From contig NW_004798235.1 in assembly GCF_000002075.1 (NCBI RefSeq), positions 108,285 to 172,284 of the forward strand: 64,000 nucleotides of DNA, read 5' to 3'. Both the position numbers and the translations under genes were made by a program. The notes beneath the pieces are model-generated. The model ran no database searches. It was not told the DNA's origin and saw only the letters and a program-made list of their open reading frames with translations. Source of the DNA: Aplysia californica (Eukaryota). Shown one piece after another: positions 13,601 to 26,500 of the stretch. Position 1 is the stretch's first letter; each line of letters opens with the position of its first letter.

Positions 13601-14832
13601 AGGCATACAGTAAGTATGGTATGTTATTTCTTTGTGTAATGTGCTTGAAATTTGTCAGCTGATTGGAATGGCTGTTTTTTGAACATTTGTGCGCAGGTCT
13701 GAAGTCCATCACTGTCCCAGGTCGGCGGCTGTTGATCAGTGGGTACTGGGGAATTGTTCAGAAACCTGACTACCTCGGCTACATGATTATCTGGCTCTCT
13801 TGGATTATAGCTTGTGGTAAGGAGCAGAAACATTAAGATGACCAACAGTTGGAGAATTATTCTTATAAATCTTAGCTGTTCTTGAGTTAACTTGGATGAT
13901 GTTTGGGAACTGTGTAACACTTTGAAGTCACTTGGCGCAAGAATGCGACGGTGAAAATTATCTGTTCTGATCACCTGGTGCAGTTCTGCGCCAGGCCCGA
14001 AAAGTCTGTTGCAGTCACTCTCCTGGCTGGGTGACCAGATGGGTTATTTTGTACTGCTGGCTGTGTGACTGCAAAGTGTTAAGGCAGTCCCAGTAGAAAA
14101 TGTAATTTACTCATTCATCCACCTGTTTTTGTTTTGTATTGCTCATCTCATGAGTGGGAAAGCACTTGTCAGTCACTATTTATTTCAGTAGAAAGTTAAG
14201 TTTTGATAAAGACTGAACAAAATGGAGAAATAATGCTTCACAGTGTCTGGGATCAAGATTTAGTTTGAAGTGGGGTTACTGGTTTCACAAACATAATTAT
14301 GTTCACCCTGAGGGTAGCCTGTATATAAAATGTCTTTATTTGTGGGAAGGAAAGATAGTATGGGTAAGGATTTCCGTTAAATTAATTGCTATATTCGTGT
14401 ACATGATTCATGGAGTTGTCAGTGTAACAACATGCAGCAGTTTTTTGTGCAGTTTTAGATTGATAGGTGTTGACCAGTGTTTTTTCATGGGATGAACAGG
14501 TCAACATTGAATGGTAATTACGAGGATGGATGAATTATGAGAGGTTCCAGTCAGAAATCTCTAAATGAAAAAAAAGGAAGAGGGTCAGGGTTGTGTGAAT
14601 TATTGTTCTGTAGACTCATTGAATGAAAAATTCTCCCTTTAGATCTTTCCAAAACCCTTTTCTTGTCTCTACAGGGCTGAGTGGTCTCTCCTTGGTGGTA
14701 CTGACCATCATATACATCACCATGTTTGTATGGTTACACCAAGCAGCGCAGGTAAAAAAGACCAAGTATCACTCTGGATGGACGCGGTACATAAATGTGG
14801 TGCCCAAAAAAGTGATCCCCTACGTATATTGA
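7638..14832 (+). CDS. Divergent ERG4/ERG24 (LBR/TM7SF2-like) membrane protein, ~413 aa, probably catalytically degenerate
   Basis: Exons 7638-7652, 8813-8938, 9441-9585, 10134-10343, 11022-11245, 11826-11994, 12475-12549, 13697-13816, 14675-14832. All GT-AG, phases compatible, 1242 nt with no internal stop. Contains LLISGYWGIVQKPDYLG and C-terminal KYHSGWTRYINVVPKKVIPYVY. Intron positions and phases match the downstream LBR. Confidence 0.88.
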
Positions 14833-15545
14833 GAATGTTGGAGGGCACCACGGCTTGAAGTTCAAGGCGAGAACAAATAACTTGAGCCTTGAGGAGAATG
14901 TTGTTTTTTGTTTTAACTGGCAGGTGCTTTACAGTAAAAGAGATGATGGTGAATATACCATGGTTGTTTTGTCAAAGGCAAGGCATGCAGGTTGTTTTTG
15001 TCATAACATTTGAAAAATGAATCCTTTTTATTTTCTCATAATGGGCAATGATACACACACAAGTCAGCTGGATCTATGTTAAAAAAGCCTTGTTTTAAGT
15101 ACATAGTGAAGGTTTTGTGCTCAGCAGAAATTGGTCATCTTGATATCATCATCAGTAATATTTAAACTGCTGAGGTGTAGTGTGTGCCAGTTGACTGGTT
15201 GAATGAAGGTTAAATTCATGGTTTGAATTATTATGAGCTGCACTAGTGTGTACTATGTATAGGGGGTAAAATTTGTCAACCTTGATGGAAGAGATAATGT
15301 TTGTCCACATGTAGTCCTCAAATATTTGATAAGTTAAAAGAGTCAAAACTTTTCATGTTTGCTTCTCCTTATCAGTCCGACTGTCATTGGTTGTGGCTTT
15401 TTGTTGTGTAAATTTGGGGTAGTGATTATTTGGAGCTGCTACCGAGTTCCTGAGGTTTTAAGGGTGCGTTGCTGATATTCACACATTATTTCATCTTTTT
15501 TTCACAGTCCTATTTCAAGTCACCTGTATGTTTTGTAATGAAAAA

Positions 15546-15651
15546 AATAAATGTATTTGCCATCAATTTCAAATGAATTTTTTTTTTAATGACCAGTTTG
15601 TCTGTACTCAGAATTTTGTATATATATTGCATTTTACAGAAACCGAATAAA
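15546..15651 (+). terminator. Candidate poly(A) signals of the LBR-like paralog
   Basis: AATAAA at ~15546 and ~15646 followed by GT/T-rich sequence. Confidence 0.5.
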
Positions 15652-16629
15652 ATGTTTCCTGCAAAAAAATTGCTAATGCCATTGTGTTCTTGTGGATTCT
15701 TTTTAAAAAATTTATTTCAACCCTCTTGGATATTTGATGTTATTTTTTGTCTTTGATCTAGATCTAATTACTCTTTCTTTTTTCCACAAAAATTCAAATT
15801 TTCATGTCACTTTTTGATCACAGAGTGTTGTTTTAAATTTTGTATTCCACGTTGGGTGCGTTTGTTGTAGTGTTTTTTATTTGTAGTCTTTAGCTTATTT
15901 TATAATAATTACACTGGTTTTTCAAAGCAGCGTAAAAATGTCTGTTATTAGTTCCTTTTACTTTTGTTAATATTTGTTTATTCCCTGGTAGTCACTGTGT
16001 TTACATTTTGGGAATTGTTATTTGTTGGGCTTCAGACTATTGTCCTTGCATTATAAATTTGATATTGATTGTTAATAAGCTATGCTTTTCTCTCTTATTC
16101 AATATTGGACAATTTTTAAAAATTTCTTGGTGGTTTCTACAAGGAATGTTGTAAAGTTTGTGTGTGCATTTGGGATAAGCAGTGAATATGGATGTTATTT
16201 TTAGCATTTCTGTTACCCCAACCCTTTTTTGTTTTGTTCACAGGTAACATTCTTTCAACTACATAAAAAAGATGCCAAGCCCAAAGAAGGTAAGATATCT
16301 TTTTCTTTTGAGCCTTGCATTTTTTAAAGTAGTGACTCGGAGCACAGAGCTGAGATGTTGTGTCAGTATATGTCAGTAAGATATAATTTCTGACACTGAA
16401 TCCAGTCAAGGAAGACAAGAGACACAGTTCTTGGGACTTCGTCACACAGACTCTTTTGCATACAGCTGTTTTCCAGTCCTTTTTCAAGCATTCAAAACAT
16501 TTTCTTAAACTTAAAAAAAGCCTCATAGACTTTGCGCATGCCCACTTTTCTATGTTGATTTAGCTTAGAGTCTGCATACTTATTTCATGGATGCTTAGCT
16601 TACTTACTTTACTTTTCCTTTTTTCATTC

Positions 16630-17830
16630 CACTGGTACCACTGCTTTGTAACAGAGAGAACTCTGAGAGTGCTGTTTACAGAGTTGATTCAGGGATGTCT
16701 TTGTCTCTCTGTGCTTCTCCAACCAGAGTGTCCCGTGTTGTAGGCTTGCAGTGCTGTTTGGGAGGTGGCGGAACCATTTTACTCTCTGTTGTTCAATATG
16801 GTGGAGGACTGGTGTTGTTCCTGACCTGGTCTCTCTTGGTCTTGTTCATTATTCTCCTCAGACATTTCATCTCGCAGGTGGTCAGTTTCTTTTCCTGTGT
16901 TTTGGTCAAGGGTCAAGTTTGTCTCTGATAAATGTGGAATTGATGAGTTTCCCTTATTGTCTATTGGGAAGTTTGTGGGTGGTTGGCGGGTGCTCTGGTG
17001 CGGTTGGCGTCTTCTTTCCTATCAAACTTCTGTTGTCCTGATCTCCCCTTCTTCTTTTTTGTGTTTGTTACTCTCTTGTAACACCTTTAATCTTCTGGCG
17101 CTCATATGACCTTATGCAGTTGCGAGCGCCGTAAAACCTCTGCTTTTAAACAAACATGTGGAATTGGTGAGTTTTCCCTTATTGTCTATTGGGAAGTTTT
17201 GGGTGTTTTAGGAGAAGTGTTAGTGGATAACTGATATTGTGTTTACTTTCTGGCGTCAAATTTCAATTTGTTTTTCTACTAAATTATCTTCTAAAAGAAT
17301 TCTGCCTAAATATTTGAATTGACTGGCTAGCTTCAGTTTGGATCTGTTGATATTGGTTTCAAGTGCTACGGGTTTCCTACAGGTACTCAGAACCTCTGTT
17401 TTGCTCACATTAATTTTCATACCGCTTGCAGCAAGCATTGATCTGGTATATCTATATTCTTGTAGCCCAGCTACATCCCAGTATTCCCTGTTAATTATTG
17501 ACTTGCTTGTTGGTGAACAATAACTCATTGAGTGGCTCAGAGTCTGGGTTAGCTGCAGTTGTTATCGGTCCAAAATGATGACAAAAACAGAGGGGTGAGG
17601 ACACAATCCTGCCTGAATCCGGATGCTACTGGGAACCAACCAATCAGATGTGCCACTAGTGGTGTGGACTAGGATGCTCCTGCTGTTATTGTAAATTGTT
17701 CTGATGTTGTCCAGCATCTGCCCCTTGGTATCATACTAGTGCAGCTTGTCTCTGTTGATCTTGTGGAAGGCTTTTTCTTTGTCTGTGAATACCAGATGGA
17801 GATGTTTAATAAGTATTCTGCAGACCTCCC
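16630..17830 (-). mobile_element. Decayed RTE-clade LINE reverse-transcriptase fragment
   Basis: Minus-strand remnants such as GMKINVSKTEVL...FKYLG and EMKCLRRI, with frameshifts. Interrupted by the 175-bp retroposon. Confidence 0.7.
16975..17150 (+). mobile_element. ~175-bp SINE-like retroposon, GGCGCTC/GAGCGCC hairpin variant
   Basis: Starts TGTGGGTGGTTGGCGGG, ends hairpin + GTAAAA. Flanked by a ~44-bp direct repeat. Confidence 0.8.
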
Positions 17831-18099
17831 ACTCAGTTACAGGGTTCTTTTTTTCACTGCTGTTGTGTCTGAATTTGGGTGTTTTGGGGGTTGAAAAAAA
17901 CAAACTTCTTGTATATGTGCTGTGTAAAATTTGTGCAGATATTTACGAGTCTAGCCAAGATTCTTATTCTTGAATGTTCAGTTTGTCAAGTAGTTCTATT
18001 TAATCAAGTGTCAGTACATTCCATGTTTTTAAAGTTTTTGTCTGTTTTTATAGAAGCATGCTTTGACTGTCAGTTTTATCAATGGTGTGCTGGTAGATA

Positions 18100-18375
18100 G
18101 TTGCGCCTTCTTTCTCATCAAATATCTGTCTTCATCTCTCCTTCTTATTTCTGTTTGTTATTCTTCTGTAACACCTCTAATTTCTGGCACTTATATCACC
18201 GTGGGTTGTTGGCGGGTGCTGTGGTGTGGTTTGTGCTCCTTTCCTATCATACATCTATCGTCCTGATCTCTTCTACTTCTTTTCTGTGTTTTTTACTCTC
18301 TTGTAACACCTCTAGTCTTCGGCACTTATATGACTTATTGTGTTGTAAGTGCAGTAAAACTCTTACTAAAAAAAA
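18100..18375 (+). mobile_element. Partial plus full tandem copies of the 175-bp retroposon
   Basis: Same sequence as the copies at 22148, 62873 and 63494. Confidence 0.8.
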
Positions 18376-18872
18376 ACAATCCCAAAAAACTAATTGTATT
18401 GCAAGTGCAGTAAAACTGAATAAAAGATATGCGGTCGCTTATTTTTGTTAGCTATATATTACAAATGTGTAGAAACATGGCAGAGCCGGTTTAAACAACA
18501 GACGTAATCTGGGTTATTTGAGGTCCTACTTCTTTCCTTTCCCAGCTGATTGTTATTGTCTGTCTGTCTGTCTTGTGACATGACTTTGTTTCGGCGTGTG
18601 AGTTCCGCGCGTGTCGGGGACGGTCCGTTCACGGGGTCAACTTCAGTTCATGCACACTGATGGAAGCGTCTTTCGGGACTTANNNNNNNNNNNNNNNNNN
18701 NNNNNNNNNNNNNNNNNNNNNNNNNNNNNNNNNNNNNNNNNNNNNNNNNNNNNNNNNNNNNNNNNNNNNNNNNNNNNNNNNNNNNNNNNNNNNNNNNNNN
18801 NNNNNNNNNNNNNNNNNNNNNNNNNNNNNNNNNNNNNNNNNNNNNNNNNNNNNNNNNNNNNNNNNNNNNNNN

Positions 18873-18919
<47 letters not shown>

Positions 18920-20219
18920 TGGCATATATTAAGTTTACATGTACATTTATATAATAATATCATTTATAGAAACCAAGCAATTATTGGAAAGAAACTTATA
19001 AAATCTTGTCTTCGTTTGTCTTCTTTTTCCTACTCTTTGGCGTTCTTTGGCCTACTTAAATAATACTTAGTGCACCTGAACCCGACCAAACATCAAAGGT
19101 GTGTACCGGCTATTGGTTATTTACGGTGCAGGTAACGTGAATCATTCACTCCTTCTTACATGCTTCTGGTGCTTTTTTCGGTGATTGGTAGGCTAGTTCA
19201 GAAATGTAGTCTACGAACAGTAACACAATGATAAATGTAAAAAAAAAAAGAAGAATATTAATACAAGGTAAGAAATACTGCGAATGACTATTTTTTCCAT
19301 GTCACGCGAACAAGGGGAGAGAAACCAAACTTATCTCCCAAGTCAGCTCTGTTCAGTTACCTCGGTTACGCCCCCGCCGATGAATCACTCAGGACTTCGA
19401 TCTCGGGAAAACAAATATTCCCCAGTATCAAAACAAATAGATATCTATATCTACGCCAGTAAAGACAAAAGAGGTTGTTGATCACATATCTATTTACGTA
19501 GTCCATTTCATCGATAGAACATCCCTTAAAACAGACTATCAAAACCGACCTACTTTAACAATGCAAAGGTCGCTGCCCTGACATTCATGACCTTTCCACT
19601 TGTTGACCCCGTTCAACGCACGATAGCTCGATCGCATGATGAGGCCGATGTTATGAAGCTCAGCTGCCAATTCGATACCCGTATATGATAATTGAACCCT
19701 TCCATTTCTCGCAGTTTACGTAAAGTAGTCACCATCGACACGTCAGTCGTTGAGTTGAACAAATATCTTCACAAATTTCGAGTGGAGCTGAAGTGAGTGA
19801 ATTGGTTGGAGCTTCGTTGTTTTATTATGTCGTTGTGTGATCAGTCGAGAAGATAAGCTGAAAGTTAAAAGTTGCTTACCGATCAAGTTGGGTAATTGTG
19901 TGTAATAGATTTTCCCTCTACTCTCTACTTTCACCACCGTCCAGCCTTTCTTCCCTTTACACATTCTTCAGGTGTTGTTTTTTTTTGTATGCTAGTGGAA
20001 ATGGGTGCCTCTGGTTGCTTCATCGCATCTTGCTCTTGTCCTGCAAGTAAGGGCTGTGAACTTCTGTCCAGCGTTCAATAAAAAGCAACAAACTTTCTTG
20101 ATTGCCTTTTTTCTCCCTTTGCAAGTGGTGGTTGTAAGAGTTAATTTTTTTTATTTTAAAGGGACTTCTCTGTAACTCTTTGAGTTTTATGGTTTTTTTA
20201 ACCCTCTCATTTTCTTTGC

Positions 20220-20385
20220 ATGGTCATCTGTAGTGCAGTGGTTAGGCTGTTGCACGCAGGAGACCCAGAGTTCAATTCCTGAGTGGGGAGAAAATTTTGT
20301 GAGGTGCCACAGGTCTATTTGCTGGGTCTTTTTACTGGGATGTTTCCTTCTAAGCCCGGGCTGGTTGTGACAGGCGAGGAAGGAA
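20220..20385 (+). mobile_element. tRNA-derived SINE, degenerate
   Basis: A-box-like GTAGTGCAGTGGTTAGG and B-box-like GAGTTCAATTCC. Similar to 55960-56120. Confidence 0.55.
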
Positions 20386-20567
20386 GTCTGCCTCCTTCTA
20401 AATGATCTAAATTGTGTCCACGAGGATGTAAAAACACTTACATAAAAAAAAAACCACATTAATTTTCTATCATCTGGTGTGGGAAGAATTTTTTTTTTTG
20501 GTATGCTAGTTAGGGACGGGTTCTTTATCAGCGTCTGTTGTGTAGCAATAAGATGCTTCACTGTCGC

Positions 20568-23500
20568 ATGAAGGAGACTCGGGTGGTCTGTGGAGAGAAT
20601 GTGTTATGCTACAACTTTTTTGGCGGTTCCCAGTGAAATATTGTGTTGCTGCAGCTCTTGTTGTTGATATATTATTTCTCTTCAGATTTGTATTGTTTGA
20701 TAATAATATGTGATGCATTGTGGGGAAATCAGGCGCTCTTCAAAATAATGAAATCAATGAAAACTGCATTTTTCTGGCCGCTTGACAATATTTAAAAAAA
20801 ATTCTTAAAAATTTTTTTTTATCAACACCTTTAATGTTTGTATAAAAACACATTTCCATGTGAATTTTACTGAAAAAAACATTGATTAAAGGCGCAAAAT
20901 GTGTAAATTTTCATTTTTCAAGAACTCACAAGCCGTTGAAATTACCAAACTTTGACGGCCATTTTCTCGTGTATTCTACCTCTGAAACCAGGCGACCCCA
21001 CCTCCTTCAATTGCAAATATCTCAACTTCTGTTTAAGATAGATAAAAGGTATTTTTTTCATCGAAAGCGAGGCAAATAAATAAGCTTTCAGATGACACTT
21101 GTAACTCCACATGCCCAAAGATTGGCAAGCGCTTGATTCTACCGTGTCGTGACACAAATGAGGTTTTGGTGTTGCGGTTGCTACTTCACCCCCATTTAGT
21201 ATTCCAGATGTTTTGACCACTCTTTCATGTGTGTCCATTAATGTTATATCTGTTTGATGATTTTTAATGAGCTCTGTACTTTCTAATCTTCAGTCCAAGT
21301 CACCTGCGAGAGCCAGGACGAGAGCTCGCAGTAAATCTGCCTCTCGCAGCCGCAGCAGAAGCAGCGGCAGAAAAACTAAAGCCACAGCTGCCAAGGTCAC
21401 AGAGGTGAAAGAAGTTGTGAGAACTGTAAGTACTGCTGTGGAATTAAAAAGGTTGTTATTGATCTTTGGATGTCGGGGTCTTTGTCCTAGGTGCCATGTA
21501 ATGGTGTTAGCTGTTTTTGTTTTAGTAAGGGTTTTACGGCGCTCGCAACTGCATGAGGTCATATGAGTGCGCCCGGTGTTAGCTGATTTAGGAAAACTTA
21601 AAGGCTCAGATGACTGATATATTATTTATATTTTAACTTTTCTGTCAGATTTTATCCAAGAGTATGTGTGTGGTTAGAAGGGGCCCTTGTTCAGTGTGTT
21701 CTCAGTGTCTTTTAGTCCTCTAGAGGGAGAATGGGGATGGTTATCACTAAGTTTCTTGAGCACAATATGTTATGGTCCATTGTGGTGGTCTCATACGTTT
21801 ATTGTTATGTGCCATTCTCCAGTTTTGTGTTTGCTTTCGCTGAAATAAAGTTTTGGGCTGTCTGAAGGCTTTTATCAGGTACTTAGGTGAAATTAGCTTT
21901 ATTATTTTAATGATGGGGGGGAAAAGAACAAGATAACCACCCCCTTCTGTTTCCGTCAGGTCGTGTGCGATTTTTCATAACTTGTGTGAAATTGCTCATT
22001 TTTATTTGCATTAATTTGCATGTACTTGCTTGACGTATTGTAGATGACTTGAAAAAATATTTTTTTATTTGTGTGTTTGCTATATTTAATTTATTTGCCA
22101 CTGCCGGTTTATGATATCTTGATCTACTGGGGTCCTGGATACTGATTGTGGGTGTTTGGTGGATGCTCTGGTGTGGTTTGCTCCTTCTTTCCTATCAAAC
22201 ATCTATCGTCTTTATCTCCCCTCCTTTTATTTTGTGTTTGTTACTCTCTTGTAACACCTCTAATCTTCGACACTTATACGACCTTATTGTGTTGCGAGTG
22301 CCGTAAAACACTTATTAAAACTAAAAAGAATACTGATTTTTTCCCTCCCTGAAACTTTTATTTTGTTGGAGGATTTTGAGGAAAGCTTTTATTTTTTGTC
22401 ATGGAGTGGTATTCAGGTCTGGTCTATGATATTTTTGAATTGATAGCTTGTTTGATGATGATATATATTATAATAAAGCATAGCCATCAGCTAGTATCGG
22501 AACAATTGTAATATAAAAGTAATTATATCTATTCATTTAATTTATAAAGCACAATATATCCTTACTGGGTAGCAGACTTTAGGGGCTGTTTGATTTATCA
22601 TTACCCTCCTGGTTGATCATATGACATTCTGAAGTATTCTCACATTACTGGAAGGCATTGAGGTGCGAAGTGCTTATTGTTATTTGACAGTAATTTCAGG
22701 GTACCCATTTCCATCGGGGTGAAATGAAGAGAATTTGTGTAAAGTGTCTTTCTCGATTAAACAATGTACGTCCGGGACATAGAATTCGGCTTAGTAAAAG
22801 TTTTACGGCTCTTGCAACACAATTAAAGTCATAGTGCTACAAGAGAGTAGCAACACTTTAAAGAAGGAGAGATAAGAACGATAGATGTTTAATAGGAAAG
22901 AAGCTGCAAACCACACCAGAGCACCCGCTAACCACCCACGACTAGAATTCAAACCTCGCCACATTAATTCTTGGTTATAAAAGTTAATATGAATTATAAT
23001 TCATATTTTGTGCTTTTCCCGGTCCTTCATTTTGTTGAACTTTACCTCCACTCTCCACAGTCGTCGAGAATCCCAACTCGTCGCAGCACGTCCAAGTCCC
23101 CGTCCAGAGTGAGGGTCAAAGAGTCTTCTGAGAAGTCTGTTGTGACCCAGTCTGCCGGAGGTGCAGCAGCAGCAGCATCAACGGTCACCGAGACCGTGGT
23201 GACCAGGAGGACGTACGTCTCGTCTGGGTCGTCCGAGGGCCAACAGAAAGCCTCAGTCACACCTGTTCGCTCGTCGTCCAGGATTGCCTCTTTGATCGAG
23301 AAGGAGGTAAGGAGCAGATGTTTTCTCTACTGATTTGTCTTAGCTGTCCCTGTGGTATTATGCAAGAAAAATTCTGAAATTATGCAAAATGAGCCCAAAA
23401 ATGTGAAATTATGCAATTCTGTTAATTTTAACACAGAATGATAAAGGAAAATAATCCGAAATTATGCAAAAAATGATCAAATTTTGCTATATTATGCGGG

Positions 23501-26500
23501 ATGCTTAAAACCACGGGGACAGTCTGAGTGCTATTAGGATTATGAAATAGTGGAGATATTCGGCATAGTTGATTCAGTTGATAGATGTTTTCCTATAAGT
23601 TTGAAATGTTCAAACAAAATGCAGAAATGAAAATACATTGCAATATTTTTTGTTGTTTATTTGTTCGTTTTGCTAAAAGCATTTACCTGACTTGGACTGG
23701 TTTCAGACAGCTTTATAAATTTTGCAAGTAAGAAAATGGTACAGGTAAACTTTAAGAATAATTTGTTTGACTTTTGCCCAGCAATTTCTCTATACTTGGA
23801 ATTTAATTAGCTCTGTTTGTGTATGGGAGCGTAAGGCAGTCTGAACATTGCACAGTTCTGAAGCACTAACTCATGTTTTTGTCTCTTTCAGAGAGAAGAA
23901 TCGTCTCGGATTCGAGAGCAAATGAAATCAGAAGTCATGGCTAATATCAAAACTCCAGAGAAGTCTGACTCAGAGGAGCGCAAACCTAAAGAAAAAGCTG
24001 TCCACTATGAATTCATGGGACCCATTGGAGCATTTCTACTTATATTTCTCCTCCCTCTCACTGTGTACTATGTGAACATGGCTTGCAGAAAGGTGGGTAA
24101 AAGTATTTTTGAACACTAGTATTTGTTTTGTTTGTTTTAGTGAGGTTTTACGACGCTGGCAACTGCATAAGGTCATATGAATGCCAGAGTATTTGTTTGA
24201 TTGTTGATGAAAAAATAACATAGGTATCAATGTTGCGTTTTCTGTAACGTTAAAAAATTGTGTGCATTTGCAAAGTACAAGATGTTCTTTCCTTTCAAGG
24301 GATAACTGTCAGTTCTAAAGTACAATAACTATTGTTTTCTTTAATGGGTCAGACATGAGACTGTCCTGGATGATCTCTCCGTTTTAACTTTGTCACTAAA
24401 GGATAAGAAGATCATAAAAATGTTCCAAATGAATCTTAACTGCTGAAAATGACTAGGCCAGAATAAATGAATCTTTATATATTTCCGAGGTCTTATTATT
24501 TATTTGTTCATCTTTGTAATTATTGAGTTGGATAGGGATGCAATGTATGTATGTCATCTGAGGTGGATTTCCCCCCTTACCTTTGTTTTGCATTTTTCTG
24601 AAAGTTTTTATCATCTCAGTCAAGTAGATGGGCTAGTCATTGGTTTTTGCTCTGTGTTACTGAAAGGTTGCAGCAAGCCACAGAGTTTATATTATCATTG
24701 CTTGTTTTTATATAGACTGATTATTGATGGGTTCCACTGGTAGGTCCTACTTTTCTCTTTTCCCTTTTTTGTTTCTGTCTACCTGTCTTACTTTTTCTCT
24801 GCACTAAATAAATGGCGGCGAAAGTGTCGATGTGCTTCTCTGTACTCCAATATAATGTAGATTGTATAAAAACATTTTCTATTATTGTAATGGATCTTGA
24901 TATGATATTGGGGATCTGTTTTAACCTGAACACATTTCAAAATAATATTTGTGGCTTTTTAATTCCTTAATGAAACTTCAAACTAAGGTTCTGTTTCAGT
25001 TTTGTTTTCTTTGTTCCCTGTCAAACCTAATTACCTGTAAATTGAGTGTATGTCAGTTTTATGCATTTCTTTGAAGTTTTAAGGGAACTGTGAACTTGAC
25101 CTATAAAAATATCATATTTTCTGTGTTTCGTATAAACATGTAACTACATGTACATTATATCATCATCTGATCTCGTCTCCCAGGGAAATTGCTCAGTCTT
25201 GGTCATTCCTAAGCTTCCAAGGAACATTGTGGCTGCATTTTTGGATGTTGAAGTCACTTTGATCTTCCTTGCATGGATTGCATTCCAAGCTCTCCTTGCT
25301 GTGCTGCCCATAGGCCGTGTGGTTGAGGGTCAGCCGCTCAAGTCAGGAGGTCGTCTCAAGTATCGATGCAATGGTAAGCTCAGGGAACTTTTGTTCATGG
25401 GGGAAGAGCAAAAAATGACAATGAATGTGGAAGAAAACGTTCTAGAAGTCTGAAGTTAGATTTAGGCTGGAGGTGGGGGGATGTTCTTCTTTGTCTTTGC
25501 TCTCTATGACATTGTTATAGTGACCAGCTAATGTTGCTCACTGTTGATGTAGAGAACCATTTGAGACCCTGGGATTTCTGTCGAGGTAGACTGGTGGGTG
25601 CAGCGGAGAGTAATACATGTTCTTGGAGAGATAAAAACAGGTGGGACAGCCTGTCTGGTGGCTTACTGAGAGTTTTGAGTATAATGGTTATGATAATAGT
25701 CATTGGAAATGATTTTCTATTTTTGGGGGGTTTGTAAAGGTATCCATGACTTTCTCTTAGAATGTCCTGTGGAGTCAACTGCTACATTTACCACTTTGTT
25801 TCTTGCTTTCTTTAGTGTTTTTGTATGAGAGTGTGACCTATGGTTTCACCTGCGGGAGGCAGCTGTGCATATTTGTCAGATGTTTGACCACGCCCAGCAC
25901 AAAAAAGGGCATATGGCTGATTGAATATTGAGGGACACTGGTCCAGTAAATGCGAAAGGAGACTTTCAGTAAAGAATGTAAATGGTGTGAGTTTCATTTC
26001 CAGTAAAAGCACACTATGGTTAATTAGAATGTGGAGCTGGTTTAAACGTGTGTTTCGAATGATTGTACTGACTATCAAGAAAATGGATACTGGGATACTG
26101 TAAATAGAGCTTAGTCACAAAAAGATGGAAGAAAGACCAAATTAGTATTTTACGAGTAATGTTATGTGCATACAATGTTGAGGAAAACTTCTGTTTTAAC
26201 TCCAAAGAAGATGAGTTGTGTCATGTCTTTAGTTCTCTTTGACCCAACTCAATACTTTATCTTCTTTTTTCCCCCTTTCCTTTTCAGGTTTCATTGCCTT
26301 TGTCATTACATTGTTGACCCTGGGAGCAGCTGTTTACTTCAAATGTCCCGTCACCCTTGTTGTGGACAAATTTTTCAAGTACATGACGGCAGCTGTTCTC
26401 TTTTCATTTACACTCAGCATATGTCTGTACGTCAGCTCTTTCTTGGTCAACAAGAAAAAGTTGGCTTCCACTGGAACCACAGGTATGAATTAAAATTTGT

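Noticed and set aside
19972-20046. MGASGCF... as the LBR start exon
   Set aside because: Its donor is phase 1, incompatible with the phase-0 exon at 21294; more likely 5'UTR or a uORF.
23344-23523. Small element with CTGTCCCYGTGGT inverted ends and GAAATTATGCA repeats
   Set aside because: Probably a MITE, but I could not identify a TSD, so it is left unclassified.
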